A stretch of 64,000 nt of DNA from an uncultured delta proteobacterium (GTDB lineage Bacteria; Desulfobacterota; Desulfomonilia; UBA1062), in assembly GCA_963752595.1 (NCBI GenBank), contig CAVVYZ010000017.1, forward strand, positions 192,001 through 256,000, written 5' to 3'. Numbering within the stretch: the stretch's first letter is position 1; every line of letters begins with the position of its first letter. The notes below the pieces were generated by a model. It had not been told where the DNA came from and did no database searches. It saw only the letters and a program-made list of their open reading frames with translations. Below, one piece after another: positions 47,777-59,145 of this stretch. Position numbers and translations under genes: made by a program.

Positions 47777-47808
47777 AAAGGGGAGGCTTTAATGGCCTCC
47801 CCTTTTTT
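47777..47808 (+). terminator. Rho-independent terminator
   Basis: AAAGGGGAGGC-TTTAATG-GCCTCCCCTTTTTT. Confidence 0.85.
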
Positions 47809-48069
47809 ATGGTAAGTATTCAGATTAATCGACCGGCCGCAGAGAGATCCTCTCATTGTTCGTTTCAATATAATCATTCCATAAAAAGCCGACGGACAAA
47901 GGGCTTGGGTTTTTATAAATGATCTTTTCACAGGGAAATCGCGACCTCTTGTATAAACAACACTTATCGTTGAAACTATAAAGATTCATCCATGAAAAAC
48001 CGAAAGATGTGTTCATTCAGCATGATGCATTAATAAGATTGTATTAATGCGAAATTAAAGGGGACACCG

Positions 48070-49707
48070 ATGAAAGAAAATACAAAGATTCTCTTTTTAA
48101 GGCCGCTATTGTTCCAGGAAATGATCCCTATTGTTGTCCTTGTGCCTATCCTGGTTTTCTTTTTCAGGTATATATCAGAGTCGGTGATCGAGAACTTTGT
48201 GCCTGTGGTCATAGGGGCATCGACTGCTGCAAACCTAGGACTTCTCCTGGGCTGCTTGACAAAATACTATTTTGTCCATCCAGCCATTGCGGTATTGGAG
48301 AAAGATTCCTGTACGCCAGAAGAAATGCAGCATGCAGTCCGTTCGGCTGCATACCTTCCCCTGGCTGAATCGATTGTCGTGTTTCTGAGATTCGCCCTTT
48401 TCGGGAATCTCATTGCAGCAACACCTATGTACCTCAAGGGGTTTATAAAATATCCGGAATTTTTGTTTGCATTGAACTCGGTTACCATGATAGGCCTGCT
48501 GGCTATCCCGATTTTTTATCTGGCCTCCGAGAACAGCCTCACCCATTTTTATATGAAAAGCAATTTCAAAGGGATTCTGGGTTCAAAAAAAGGTTTCTTC
48601 CGTATGAGCTTGAGCCAGAAGACCCTGTGGACAATACTCTTGATAGCAGTCCCACCGCTCGGCCTTCTTATCGGGCTTATTTACCTGTCTATGGCAACAG
48701 GGCTCAATCTGGCATCCCTCCAACTGGGCTTTTTCGTCATTCTCTTCGAGACGATACTGCTCGCTGTCATCTGCGGATTTCTTCTCATGAAAAGTTTTTC
48801 TCTTTCGGTCGGCAAGATGTCTTTCATGTTCAAGGATATGGCAAAGGGCCAGGGAGATCTCACCAAGAGGCTGCATGTAACCGCGCTGAATGAAGTCGGC
48901 GAGCTTGCTTTCTGGTTCAATGAGTTCATGGATGATATCGAGCAGATTGTCGGGCATGTGAGGGAGACATCGCTTCAGCTCCATCAGACTGTCGAGGATG
49001 TAAGCGCAGGCTCCCAGGGGCTTTCGCAGGCAACTCAGGAGCAGGCATCTTCGGTAGAAGAAATATCTGCTTCCATCGAGGAGATGAATGCCACGGTACA
49101 GCATAATGCCGAACTCATTACCGAGGGGCAGGAAACATCGAATGTGATTACCAAGCTGATCGACCATAGCAAGCAGATCTTTGCCGAACTCATGAAGGCC
49201 ATTGAAGATATTTCACTGGACTCAAGAAAGATCGGAGATATCGTATCCACGGTGAATGAGGTTGCCTTCCATACGAACCTGCTGGCATTGAACGCCTCCG
49301 TGGAGGCTGCCCGGGCAGGAGAGCACGGAAAGGGATTCGCTGTAGTGGCAGGAGAAGTCAGGTCTCTGGCTCAACGCTCTGCAGGTGCTGCCCGGGAAAT
49401 CAAAACTCTGATTGAAGGTACGGTCGGCCGGATAAAGAATGGCGATGAGATGATGAAGAAAACTTCCTCATCCCTTGAAGAGCTGATGTCCCGCATGGAG
49501 TTCTTCTTCAAGATGATGGAGACTATCAGCACCTCCAGCATGGAGCAGAAGCAGAACATAAGCGAGCTCAACAGGGCTATCGGCCAGATAGACGGATCGA
49601 CCCAGCATAACGCATCCACTGTGGAGGAACTGGCCAGCACCCTTGACAACCTTCGTATGGCGGCAACCGTGCTTGCAGAAGATGTTCAGAAATTCAAGAC
49701 ATCGTAG
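48070..49707 (+). CDS. methyl-accepting chemotaxis protein with polytopic membrane N-terminus
   Basis: About 6 TM segments, HAMP (GDLTKRL...EVGELA..FN.F), signalling tip TNLLALNASVEAARAGEHGKGFAVVA.EVR.LAQRS. Confidence 0.93.
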   Translation: MKENTKILFLRPLLFQEMIPIVVLVPILVFFFRYISESVIENFVPVVIGASTAANLGLLLGCLTKYYFVHPAIAVLEKDSCTPEEMQHAVRSAAYLPLAESIVVFLRFALFGNLIAATPMYLKGFIKYPEFLFALNSVTMIGLLAIPIFYLASENSLTHFYMKSNFKGILGSKKGFFRMSLSQKTLWTILLIAVPPLGLLIGLIYLSMATGLNLASLQLGFFVILFETILLAVICGFLLMKSFSLSVGKMSFMFKDMAKGQGDLTKRLHVTALNEVGELAFWFNEFMDDIEQIVGHVRETSLQLHQTVEDVSAGSQGLSQATQEQASSVEEISASIEEMNATVQHNAELITEGQETSNVITKLIDHSKQIFAELMKAIEDISLDSRKIGDIVSTVNEVAFHTNLLALNASVEAARAGEHGKGFAVVAGEVRSLAQRSAGAAREIKTLIEGTVGRIKNGDEMMKKTSSSLEELMSRMEFFFKMMETISTSSMEQKQNISELNRAIGQIDGSTQHNASTVEELASTLDNLRMAATVLAEDVQKFKTS

Positions 49708-49713
49708 GAGTTA

Positions 49714-50583
49714 CGGTGTGTGCAAACTTAATACTAAGCCACAGCATCAAAATAGGAATGAACAGAAGGCATGAACTCACAGAGAAGCAATGGGAAAAGC
49801 TCAAAGGATATCTCCCGGCCCGGAAACCAGAAACAGGACGGCCCGCGGAAGACCATCGTAAGATCATCAATGGGATCCTCTGGAAGGTGAAAACCGGGGC
49901 TCCCTGGCGGGACATCCCGGAGAGATACGGGTCATGGTCGACCATACACAGTCGTTTTCGCAGGTGGAGAGATGCCGGGGTATGGGACCGGATACTCTCT
50001 GAGCTGCAGATCGACTCGGATTCGGAAGGACATGTGGATTGGGAGGTCCATTTCATTGATACCACGGTTGTAAGAGCACACCAGAATGCAGCGGGTGCAA
50101 AAAAAGGGGGCAGAGAGAAGAGGCTCTTGGCCGTAGTCGAGGTGGGTTCTCGACCAAGGTCCACCTCCGGGCGGAAGGGGAAGGCAAACCGATAACGGTT
50201 GCCCTTACTCCCGGCGAAGCTCATGACACCACAGCTTTCCTTGACCTTATGGAACATGGGTCGATCAATCGGCTCCATGGAGGGAGACCAAGAAATCGCC
50301 CCGAACGCATCGTCGGAGACAAGGGATATAGCGCCCAGTGGATCAGAGAGTATCTTACGAAACATGGCATCCATGTAACGATCCCGAGGAAGAGCAATAA
50401 TAAACGGGGTGGTCCATTCGACCGTGCAGCCTATCGGATGAGAAACCGGATCGAACGGCTCATCAACAGGCTCAAACAATTCCGCTCCATAGCAACAAGA
50501 TATGATAAACGAGCAGACAGTTATCGCTCCATGTGGGTCATCGGTGCTATATTCCTCTGGTTATGAGCTTTGCAAACACACCC
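49714..50583 (+). mobile_element. IS5-family insertion sequence (IS427-like group)
   Basis: Imperfect terminal IRs CGGTGTGTGCAAA and (reverse complement) GGGTGTGTTTGCAAA, flanked by TA on both sides; transposase inside. Confidence 0.85.
49758..50566 (+). CDS. IS5-family transposase expressed via -1 frameshift
   Basis: orfA LTEKQW..L, INGILW...TGAPWRDIPERYG.W.T, IDTTVVRAHQ.AAG; A7G5 at 50099-50110; -1 frame LGRSRGGFSTKVH, GDKGY, RNRIERL..RLKQFRSIATRYDK. Confidence 0.9.
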
Positions 50584-50710
50584 TAGTCTGCGAAAAGAAG
50601 CGTATTCCAGTTCAAAATATATATGGCCCCTCGTCCTGGTGACAAGATGCCATATCTTTTATAATGCCAAAAATGAGCAGGAAAACCCGTCCGTTATAGC
50701 TTCGGCCATG

Positions 50711-52150
50711 TTAACCGCGATGCAGCTCGTTCCGGGCGGAATTGCGGGTTTCATGTTTGGCCGGAGCCGGCTCTTCACTGGTCGTCTCTTTCGTTGCCGG
50801 CAGCTGATTTGATTCGGCGGGGGGGGCAACCCTCAGTTCCCTGTTTACCGACTGCGATTGTTTCGTCTCCTTGGTACTTGACCTGGCCTTTGCCTCCTGG
50901 GATGGGGCATCGGATTTCTGCTTCAGGAGATTTTCCATTGCTGTGTAGGCATCGCCGTATTTGTTCCCCGGGCTCCACAACAGCCAACCGGTCCCTCCGG
51001 CATCCTTGGCTGCATCAATCTGTGTCCTGATATATTTTTCGTCAAAGCCCGTTGTAATCCGTAAGGGAAATGACTGGAGCCAGGGGCGGATGATCACATC
51101 ATCACCTACAAGGTCTTTCATTCTCTTCACCCCGTTGAAAATAAACCTGTAGGGGTCATCGGCAGGGTTCTTGACCCCGCCGAACCCGGCATTGAAATGT
51201 GATGGATAAAGCATAGGGGATATGATGTCCACATGCTGTTTGATCTTGGAAACATCCTGGCCGACTACGAGCACGTCAACATCTCTCTGCCAGATAACGA
51301 TCCCGAACATATCCACGGATAGCAGTACGCCTTTCGATGCGGTAACATCGTGTGCCTTTTTCAAGAAACCTGCGATGACATCCGTTCGCGAGAGACCTTC
51401 GATGCCCGATCCGGTCTTGCGGTCTGCGAAATAACGGACGTAATCAAGCTGGATTTCATCCAGGCCGCTATCGGTGAGCTCCCTGATCACGGTCAGCATA
51501 TATTCTTGTACTTCCGGATTTCCCGGATTCAGCCAATGCTTCTCTCTGTTGATGCACCACTCAGGCCTGGTCTTCGCCATGATCGGATCTCTGAACGCCA
51601 CCACACGAGCGACCACATGAATGCCCAAGCGGTGCAGGTAATCGACCAGCTTCGGAAGCTCTTCGATATTCGGCGTGTAATTCTCATTGGGTGAGTACTT
51701 ATCCGGGATGGAGCTCGGGAAGGTAATGGCGCCCATATCGTCTTTGGCATCGAAAACGATAGTGTTGCCCCCATACTTCTTGAGTTTTGTTGCCGAATCG
51801 AAGACGAATCGTGTACCGGAGTTGGCGGTGTTCATGTAGAGGCCCTTGGCCACGTAATCTTTCGTTTTTGAAATGGTCTTGGGCTTGAGCGGTTCCTTCC
51901 ACGCCACCGGTATGTTCAGGTTTTGGCCGGGCGAAAGGGATCCGGTGACACTGTTGATCGCTCGAATACTGTTGATGAGCTCCCTCTTTGTATACGCTGC
52001 CGTATAGGGCATGTACTTCGCGGCAATTCTCGCGAGCGTATCGCCTTTTTGAACCGTGTAGACCGTCCCTTCCTGGGTGGTTGTTGTCGCACCCATGAAG
52101 AAGAAAGAACACATGCACAGGATACATATTGCGACGAACTGTCTCTTCAT
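50711..52150 (-). CDS. exported LysM plus putative glycoside hydrolase (DUF4015/GH-like TIM barrel)
   Basis: Signal peptide; LysM YTVQKGDTLARIA; VARVVAFRDP, DEIQLDYVRY, ISPMLYPSHF, IRPWLQSF. Confidence 0.85.
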   Translation of the reverse strand: MKRQFVAICILCMCSFFFMGATTTTQEGTVYTVQKGDTLARIAAKYMPYTAAYTKRELINSIRAINSVTGSLSPGQNLNIPVAWKEPLKPKTISKTKDYVAKGLYMNTANSGTRFVFDSATKLKKYGGNTIVFDAKDDMGAITFPSSIPDKYSPNENYTPNIEELPKLVDYLHRLGIHVVARVVAFRDPIMAKTRPEWCINREKHWLNPGNPEVQEYMLTVIRELTDSGLDEIQLDYVRYFADRKTGSGIEGLSRTDVIAGFLKKAHDVTASKGVLLSVDMFGIVIWQRDVDVLVVGQDVSKIKQHVDIISPMLYPSHFNAGFGGVKNPADDPYRFIFNGVKRMKDLVGDDVIIRPWLQSFPLRITTGFDEKYIRTQIDAAKDAGGTGWLLWSPGNKYGDAYTAMENLLKQKSDAPSQEAKARSSTKETKQSQSVNRELRVAPPAESNQLPATKETTSEEPAPAKHETRNSARNELHRG

Positions 52151-52425
52151 GCTGCCCTCATAATAGTTTTAGATTCAATCAAGCCAATACATATCCTATT
52201 TGCCAGGGCCTAACAAGATAGTTAATAAAAAATTATCATGAGCTAAACCAAGTCTACACCTTGATTGCGATGAATTATTTTGAGAAAGTTAGAAAAAAGG
52301 ACTGATATTTTTTTCAAAGGATATCATCACATGAAATTGGTTCTTCGAGACATTGAATAGGAAGTGCCCACCTGAAATAATAATCAAACATGCTGGAATC
52401 CGGCATTGGAAGCCTTACCGCGCTG

Positions 52426-52728
52426 CTACTTGACGATTAAACCGTAGGTGCCTATGTCATCTTCGGTGCCTACATAAAATTTATCGGGGTATCCATCCTC
52501 GGGGCGTGTGACAGCTACTCCATCAATGATCTCTTTTGCCTTAATCCGGTTATCAAAAGGACCTGCATAGTGATTCTTCGCATATCGGATGAGGCCTCCT
52601 GGTGTAAGACTGTATGTGGTTCTTATTACGTACCACTTGTCCACCTGGGTCACCCTCCTTTCTGCTGATATCCTATCATATAGAAGCCGACAAGTATTGT
52701 TCAAGCCTGAAAGGCCGGTGAAATACAT
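52426..52728 (-). CDS. hypothetical protein
   Basis: 100 aa ORF in an otherwise empty gap; real start possibly at a downstream GTG. Confidence 0.45.
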   Translation of the reverse strand: MYFTGLSGLNNTCRLLYDRISAERRVTQVDKWYVIRTTYSLTPGGLIRYAKNHYAGPFDNRIKAKEIIDGVAVTRPEDGYPDKFYVGTEDDIGTYGLIVK

Positions 52729-52794
52729 ACAAGTCAGGTCAGAAGAGAGGTTTATTCAATAAGGGAGGCGGTATAAGCAAAAAATGAAGGTCTC

Positions 52795-53786
52795 CTATAC
52801 CTCGCGCAGCCCGAGTTTGCCCCTGCCCAGAAGGTCATGGAGATGGACCACGCCGATGAGCTCATCGTTTTCGTCCGGAAACGATGAGTGAAGTGATCTG
52901 ATGTTTCTCCATCATCTCGAGGGCGTCCAGCGCAAGCTTGTCACTGCGATATTCTTTTTGGGTTTTTCGACTCATGATATCATGCGCCGTGAGGCCCTTC
53001 AGATTGTCGCCCCATTTGAGGAGCACCCTCCGTATATCGCCATCCGTGACCATCCCTTCGATCTGGGAAACACTCCCCACAAGGGTGAATCCGAGCGATT
53101 TTTTCGTCATCTCAACAACAACCTCCGGCAGCGGTTTCGTAGGCTCTACCAGAGGGATGCGATTCCCTGTGATCATGATCTGGGATATCCTGGACATCAG
53201 CTGCTTGCCGAGTTCGCCTGCAGGGTGGATAATCTTGAAGGCATCCCGGTCAAACCCTTTGATATGGGAAAGTACCACTGCCAGGGCATCGCCCAGGGCG
53301 AGCTGCGCAGTGGTGGATGCCGTGGGGGCCAGATTCAGGTTGCACGCCTCGCGTTCAACCGAGCAGCGTAAGCACGATGTCCGACTGCCTGGCGAGCGGT
53401 GAATTCGGATTGCCGGTAATGGCGATGATGGGAATGCCGAGGTTCTTAAGCGGCGGGAGGAGGTTCAGAATCTCTCCGGTGTTTCCGCTGTTGGAAAGCA
53501 CGATGACTGCATCGGCAGGCATGATGGTCCCGAGGTCGCCATGGAGGCCGTCCACCGGGTGCATGAAAACCGCAGGGGTGCCGATGCTGACCATGGTAGA
53601 TGCGATCTTCCGGGCAATGATGCCCGACTTCCCGATGCCGGTGAGGATTACCTTCCCCTTGAGACCGGCAATGATCGTCACCGCTCCGGCAAAAGACTCG
53701 CCCATCTGCCCGATGACTCCCTCGAGGCCTTCGATCTCAGTCCGAACGGCTTCCCTTCCCAGCTCAATAATTTCATTCGTATTCAT
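52795..53786 (-). CDS. kdsD: arabinose-5-phosphate isomerase KpsF/GutQ (frameshifts)
   Basis: TGIGKSG..ARKIA.T..S.GTP, HGDLG, SNSGNT.E, NLAPTASTTA..ALGDALA, HPAG.LG, C-terminal CBS pair. Confidence 0.9.
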
Positions 53787-55073
53787 ACGATTCTCCCCAC
53801 CAGATCGTACTCCATTGTGTCGGTTATCTCAACCTGTGAAAATGTCCCGAACGGGGCTTGACCCTCATTGATGATGACCACGCCGTCGACTTCGGGTGCC
53901 TGGAACTCCGATCTGCCTTTGAGGAGGAGGTCGGTTTCGGGATGAAAGCCTTCCACGAGCACGCGCAGCTTTTTCCCTACCAGTGATTTAAGTCTTCTGC
54001 GGGAAACATCCTGCTGGAGCGCCATGATCCTTTCCCTTCGTACATCTTTTACCTCCTGGGGAAGCTCATCGGGCATCATGGCACTCTTAGTCCCCTCTTC
54101 CGATGAATAGGTAAATACCCCCAGATGGTCGATGTACCCCTGGCGGGTAAAGTCTTCGAGCTCGTGCAAAGGCTGATTGGTCTTCCCCGGGATGTCCCAC
54201 CATGATCGTAGACCTGATCCAGATGTCTGCAGCCTTTGATTTCAGCAGATCGAAGAGCCTTCCATACCGCATCCGATCCGCCTTTACGGCCCATGGCCTG
54301 CAGCACCTGCTGCGAGATATGCTGGATGGGCAGATCGATGTAGGGGACAACTTTCGGGTTCTCCGCTATGGTCCTGACAATTGCACCTGTCGTAGTGGCC
54401 GGGTGCATGTACATGAGCCTGATCCATTCGATGTCGTCGAGGCGCGAGATTTTTTCGACCAGATGGGGCAGGTGGAGAGAATCTTTCCTGTCCGACCCAT
54501 ACGAGCCCAGGTCCTGCGCCACGAGGATGATCTCCCTGACCCCGCGGTCTGCCAGGTCTTTGCATTCGTCAATGACCTCCTGATGAGGCTTGCTGACGAG
54601 CTCCCCCCTGATGTCGGGGATGAGGCAGTAGCTGCAATGGTTCGAACAGCCTTCGCTCACCTTGACATAGGCATGTGGTCCCGTGGAGGTGTACGATCTT
54701 CTGACGACCCCTGAGAAGCACCGCCGAGATATACTTCGCGCCGGATTTCAGTGCATGCGGCAGGCCGCCGTAGGTGCCCGGGGCTGCAAAGAGTTTTACC
54801 TCCGGCAGCTCTGCCAGGAGCTCTTCTCCATACCTGCTCACGATGCACCCCGTGCAGATGACGTTCTTTCCCTCATCGATGAATTCGAGCATGGTCTGAA
54901 TGGATTCCTCCACCGCAGACGTGAGAAAGGCACAGGTATTCACCACTACGATTTCAGCATGTTCAGGGTCGGATACAAGGGTATATCCGCACTCCCATGA
55001 GCTGTTCGCAGATATATTCCGAGTCAACGAGATTCTTCGGGCAACCGAGACTTATCATGGCGATGCGTTTCAT
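53783..55073 (-). CDS. rimO: ribosomal protein S12 methylthiotransferase (frameshifts)
   Basis: SLGCPKNLVDSE, VNTCAF, SEGCSNHCSYC.IP.IRG, WIRLMYMHP, YIDLPIQH, F.YS.EEGT, QAPEVDG. Confidence 0.92.
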
Positions 55074-55083
55074 GGAGGAGGTG

Positions 55084-56316
55084 TTACTCGAAAGCGGTGA
55101 ATTTTGGAACAACTACGATCCCTCCGGGAGAGATGTCGTATCGCTTCCGGTCTTCTTCGATATTATAGCCGATGGTCGTATTGGGGGGAATCTTCACGTA
55201 CTTGTCGATGATGGTGTCTTTGATCCTGCAGTTTCTCCCCATGGAAACCCCTTCCAGGAGAACCGAATCCTGCACCTCGGCATAGCTGTTTACCCTTACA
55301 TTGGGAGAGATGATGGTGCGGGATACCCTGCCTCCGGAAATGATGGCGCCGTTACAGATAATGGAGTCCAGTACGGTCCCGATGCGCTTGCCGTCCTCTC
55401 CGCCGGCAAAAACCATCTTTGCCGGTGGGAAGGGACTGTACACGGTGTGGATCGGCCATTTGGGATCGTAGAGGTTGCACTGAGGCGTGACCGATACGAG
55501 ATCCATGTGGGCCTCGTAGTAGGCATCCAGGGTCCCGATGTCTCGCCAGTAGGAGTTGCCCATCACGCCCAGTGAAATAATAGGCGAGCACTTTGCTGTG
55601 GTGCCCACCATCTTGGGATGATGTCCTTCCCGAAGTCATGGTTGCTGTCCTTGCGTTTTGCGTCATCAATGAGGTTGCGTATGAGAGGCTTCGGTTTTGA
55701 ATATATAGATGCCCATCGAAACCAGGACCTTCGTCGGGTCGTCCGGCATGGTGGACGGGTTTTCCTTGGGCTTTTCCTGGAACCCCACTACAGACATATT
55801 CTGGTCCGCAATGACGATTCCGAACTCGGACGCCGTCTCCACGGGCATGGGCACCACGCCGATAGTGATGTCGGCATCGTTATCGATATGGTATTTCAGC
55901 ATTTCTGCATAGTTCATCTGGTAAATATGGTCGCCCGAGAGGATAAGCGTATATTTCGGCCGGTCCTGCTGGAGGGTATAGATATTCTGGAAGACCGCAT
56001 CTGCGGTTCCTTCGTACCAGCTGCTCCCGATGCGCTGCTGGGCCGGGATATTATAGATGAACTCACCCAGAGGATACGAAAAGAACGAGAGCCAGCCCCG
56101 CTGGATATGCCTGTCCAGGGAATGGGATTTATACTGGGAAAGCACGTAGATATGGCTCAGGCCTGAATTGACGCAATTGGAAAGGGTAAAGTCGATGATG
56201 CGGTACATCCCTCCAAAAGGCACAGCAGGTTTTGCGCGGTCCTTTGTCAGGGGGTACAGTCGTTCGCCTTTCCCTCCGGCTAAGATAATAACATCAACAT
56301 CTTTCATTCTAGGCAT
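55084..56316 (-). CDS. glgC: glucose-1-phosphate adenylyltransferase (frameshifts ~55610-55690)
   Basis: LAGGKGERLYPLT..RAKPAVPFGG.YRIIDF.LSNC.NSG, WYEGTADAV.QN, GDHIY.M, F.EKP, YWRDIGT. Confidence 0.93.
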
Positions 56317-56678
56317 TATTCACCGATGAGTTCTTTAATCATTTCTTTGAGTTTAGTCAAGTCATGAGATTTTTCAATGTACGCATCAGCCGCCATTACC
56401 ATAACATCATCACGATAGCTGGCGTATGCTGTGTGGATGATAACCGGTGTGTTCTGCCTCGACTTGATGATATTCCCCATGGTTTCAAATCCATTCATCT
56501 TTGGCATGCGGAGATCAAGGATGATGAGGTCCGGCTTGTTACCGTTTTTCCCTTCCAGGTAAGAGAGGGCTTCTTTTCCGTTAGAAGCTATATCGATCTC
56601 ATATCCGTCTTCGTGGAGTTCTTCCTCAAGGAGTCTTTGGATATTTTTATCGTCTTCTACCAGAAGAATCCTTTTCAT
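56316..56678 (-). CDS. single-domain response regulator
   Basis: LLVEDD, LDLRMPKMNG, TAY; 120 aa, coupled to glgC. Confidence 0.9.
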   Translation of the reverse strand: MKRILLVEDDKNIQRLLEEELHEDGYEIDIASNGKEALSYLEGKNGNKPDLIILDLRMPKMNGFETMGNIIKSRQNTPVIIHTAYASYRDDVMVMAADAYIEKSHDLTKLKEMIKELIGE

Positions 56679-56882
56679 AGTGAGTTATAATAACGGCTTA
56701 TCCGAGATAAGTCAAATCTTTATCCCCAGATTTTATTGAAAAAAAAGGCAGGTGAATCAGTACATGTGAACGTATATTTTCAGGCTCTGTCTTTTGGAAA
56801 ATTTTCTTAAAAATGGAGAGCCGATTTCTTTCAGTGAGGGATAGCCGAATTTCCCTCATGGCCCATCAAAGCGTTCAGAGCT

Positions 56883-57266
56883 TCAACCCTTAAGCGGTTT
56901 CGTGGCAAGGGATATACGTTCGTGGCCTGACGAGCTCAGGATATCGAGCATGGAAATGACCCTGAAATAGGGGATGTCCTTGGAGGCAAGGATGATGATA
57001 TCCTTGTCCACGGCCAACGCCCTGAGAGCCTTTTCCGTTGAGTTCCGGCCGTTGATGAGAATACCTGCCGAAGAAATAGCGACCGTTATTGCCTCCTTGG
57101 CGAGTGCCTCGCCTATGTTCGATTCAGGGAGGCTTACTTCAGTGATTTTGAGCGGAGAGCCTAAGGTGAGCAGAAAGAAGATCTGGATGAGAAACATGAC
57201 GTCCACCAGCGGTGTGACATCAAATGCCGAGCTGTTTTTGTATTTTTTCTTCTTTCTGAACCTCAT
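56883..57266 (-). CDS. exbD: ExbD/TolR family protein
   Basis: DVTPLVDVMFLI.IFF, V.LP.S, ASKDIPY..VI..LD.L. Confidence 0.85.
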   Translation of the reverse strand: MRFRKKKKYKNSSAFDVTPLVDVMFLIQIFFLLTLGSPLKITEVSLPESNIGEALAKEAITVAISSAGILINGRNSTEKALRALAVDKDIIILASKDIPYFRVISMLDILSSSGHERISLATKPLKG

Positions 57267-57879
57267 GGTTTTCACCTTTCAGGTATTCGAGGACCCTGGC
57301 CGAGGTCTTTTCCATCTCAAGGACCAGGAAATCGCTGCGTGAAACGAGCAGCCGGTAGCATACATATACGGGTATGCCGATGGAAAGTCCTGCAACAGTG
57401 GTGATGAGGGCTTCGGAGATCCCGGCTGCGAGCAGTTGGCTGGAATTGGCACCCGTTGATGTGCTTACCGCTTGAAACGACGTGAGCATGCCCGTAACCG
57501 TGCCGAGGAATCCGAGCAAAGGGGCTATAGCTGCGATGATACCCAGAACATCGATATAGCGCTCGATGGCGTTTGCTTCCGTTGCCCCGGCTTCTTCCAT
57601 GTAGTCCTTGAGGATCTCTCTGCGCATCCCTGCGTTCTTGACTGCAATCATGACCACAGGCGATATGGGAGAAGAGCTCCTCCTGATGAGCCTTTCAATA
57701 TCGGAAAGTCTCCCCAGGCGGGCAAGGCGTTCTATCTCTTCGACAAGGGTTTTCGGGATGATTTTGTTCCTGCGCAGCGCCAGAGAGCGCTCAATAATGA
57801 TGGCCAGTGCAATGATCGAGCATGCAAGAAGGGGCCACATTACGGGGCCGCCTTTGATAAAAAACTCCCAAAGCGTCAT
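57220..57879 (-). CDS. exbB: MotA/TolQ/ExbB proton channel protein
   Basis: GGPVMWPL..CS, IAPLLGFLGTV.GM, GISEALITTVAGL. Confidence 0.9.
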   Translation of the reverse strand: MTLWEFFIKGGPVMWPLLACSIIALAIIIERSLALRRNKIIPKTLVEEIERLARLGRLSDIERLIRRSSSPISPVVMIAVKNAGMRREILKDYMEEAGATEANAIERYIDVLGIIAAIAPLLGFLGTVTGMLTSFQAVSTSTGANSSQLLAAGISEALITTVAGLSIGIPVYVCYRLLVSRSDFLVLEMEKTSARVLEYLKGENHEVQKEEKIQKQLGI

Positions 57880-58137
57880 AGTCCTCTGCTCCCCCTTTGG
57901 AATTTTCGTCACCCTTATCCCATAAAAAATGGCAAGAAGCAATGACCTGGACGCCTTACAGGTTCTATAAATATAGGTAATTGATTTTACATGGATAATT
58001 GAGTGAGGGTTTTTATCCGGCAGCATGGCATAATGCTGTATCCTGTTCGTTCAAAGGAGGAAAATGGAGCAAAATATAAGGGCAGGGCATGATTATCGAA
58101 AAGATATCCTTGATAAATATTGTGTAAGATTGCTAAC

Positions 58138-59145
58138 ATGATGTTGATGGAAAATATGGAAAATAACGTTGAAAAACCAAAAAAACTGGTATGCGTGAGA
58201 TTTCCCGCAATTCCAATGTCATACATATTCGATGCCCGGGATCTGGAGCTGACCACCGGGGATATGGTCCTGGTGAATACGGAATCCGGACTCACTGTCG
58301 CCAAGGTACTCGGCATTCCCCCTGAAGAGGACGCGGTAGGACTCGATGAGATCAAGCCTGTGGTAAGGAAGCTCACCGATAGCGATAAAGAGAAGCTCTC
58401 GGCCATCCGGGCCAAGGAGAAGGAATGCTTCGAGTTTTGTGCCGAGCGCATCCGAACCCGGGAACTGTCCATGAAGCTTACCCGAGTGGAGCAGATGTTC
58501 GACGGTACCAAGATCACCTTTTCCTTCGTTGCAGAAGGGCGGATTGATTTCAGGGATCTGCTCAAGGATCTGGTGGAAAAATTCCGGACGAGGATCGAGC
58601 TGCGCCAGATCGGGAGCCGGCAGGAGTCGGCCATGCTGGGCGGCATCGGGAGTTGCGGCAGGGAACTGTGCTGTGCGGTATATCTCACCGGATTCCAGCG
58701 GATATCGGTCAAGATGGCAAAGAACCAGAATATGACACTCAACCCCACCAAGATCTCGGGATTATGCGGCAAGCTCAAGTGTTGCCTTGCCTATGAGAAG
58801 GAGTCATACTCCAATCTTATCGATAACCTGCCGAAACCCGGGAAAAGGGTCTTCGTCGAACAGGGAGAGGCCTTTGTCGTAAGCATCAATATCATCAACC
58901 AGACGTTTGTCGCCAAGCTTACTGACCGCCGGTTCATTAAATGCAAGGTTTCCGATATACTGACCGAAGAAGAGTTCCGCCAGCTCGGCGATCAAAGACC
59001 CACAGACCTGAGCAGATTGAGAGACCCGCTCCTGGATATCCCCGTCAATGAGACGCCTCCAGCAGAGCGGGAGAAACAAAAAGGGAAGAGGAGAAGATCC
59101 TCCAGACAGAGAAATTCCAGGAAGAAAAGGAGCAAGCCCTCATGA
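58138..59145 (+). CDS. PSP1/YaaT (RicT) family protein
   Basis: F.AEGRIDFR.L.KDL...FRTRIELRQIG.R, GGIGSCGRELCC, KMAK.Q, KISGLCGKL.CCL.YE. Start uncertain. Confidence 0.9.
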   Translation: MMLMENMENNVEKPKKLVCVRFPAIPMSYIFDARDLELTTGDMVLVNTESGLTVAKVLGIPPEEDAVGLDEIKPVVRKLTDSDKEKLSAIRAKEKECFEFCAERIRTRELSMKLTRVEQMFDGTKITFSFVAEGRIDFRDLLKDLVEKFRTRIELRQIGSRQESAMLGGIGSCGRELCCAVYLTGFQRISVKMAKNQNMTLNPTKISGLCGKLKCCLAYEKESYSNLIDNLPKPGKRVFVEQGEAFVVSINIINQTFVAKLTDRRFIKCKVSDILTEEEFRQLGDQRPTDLSRLRDPLLDIPVNETPPAEREKQKGKRRRSSRQRNSRKKRSKPS

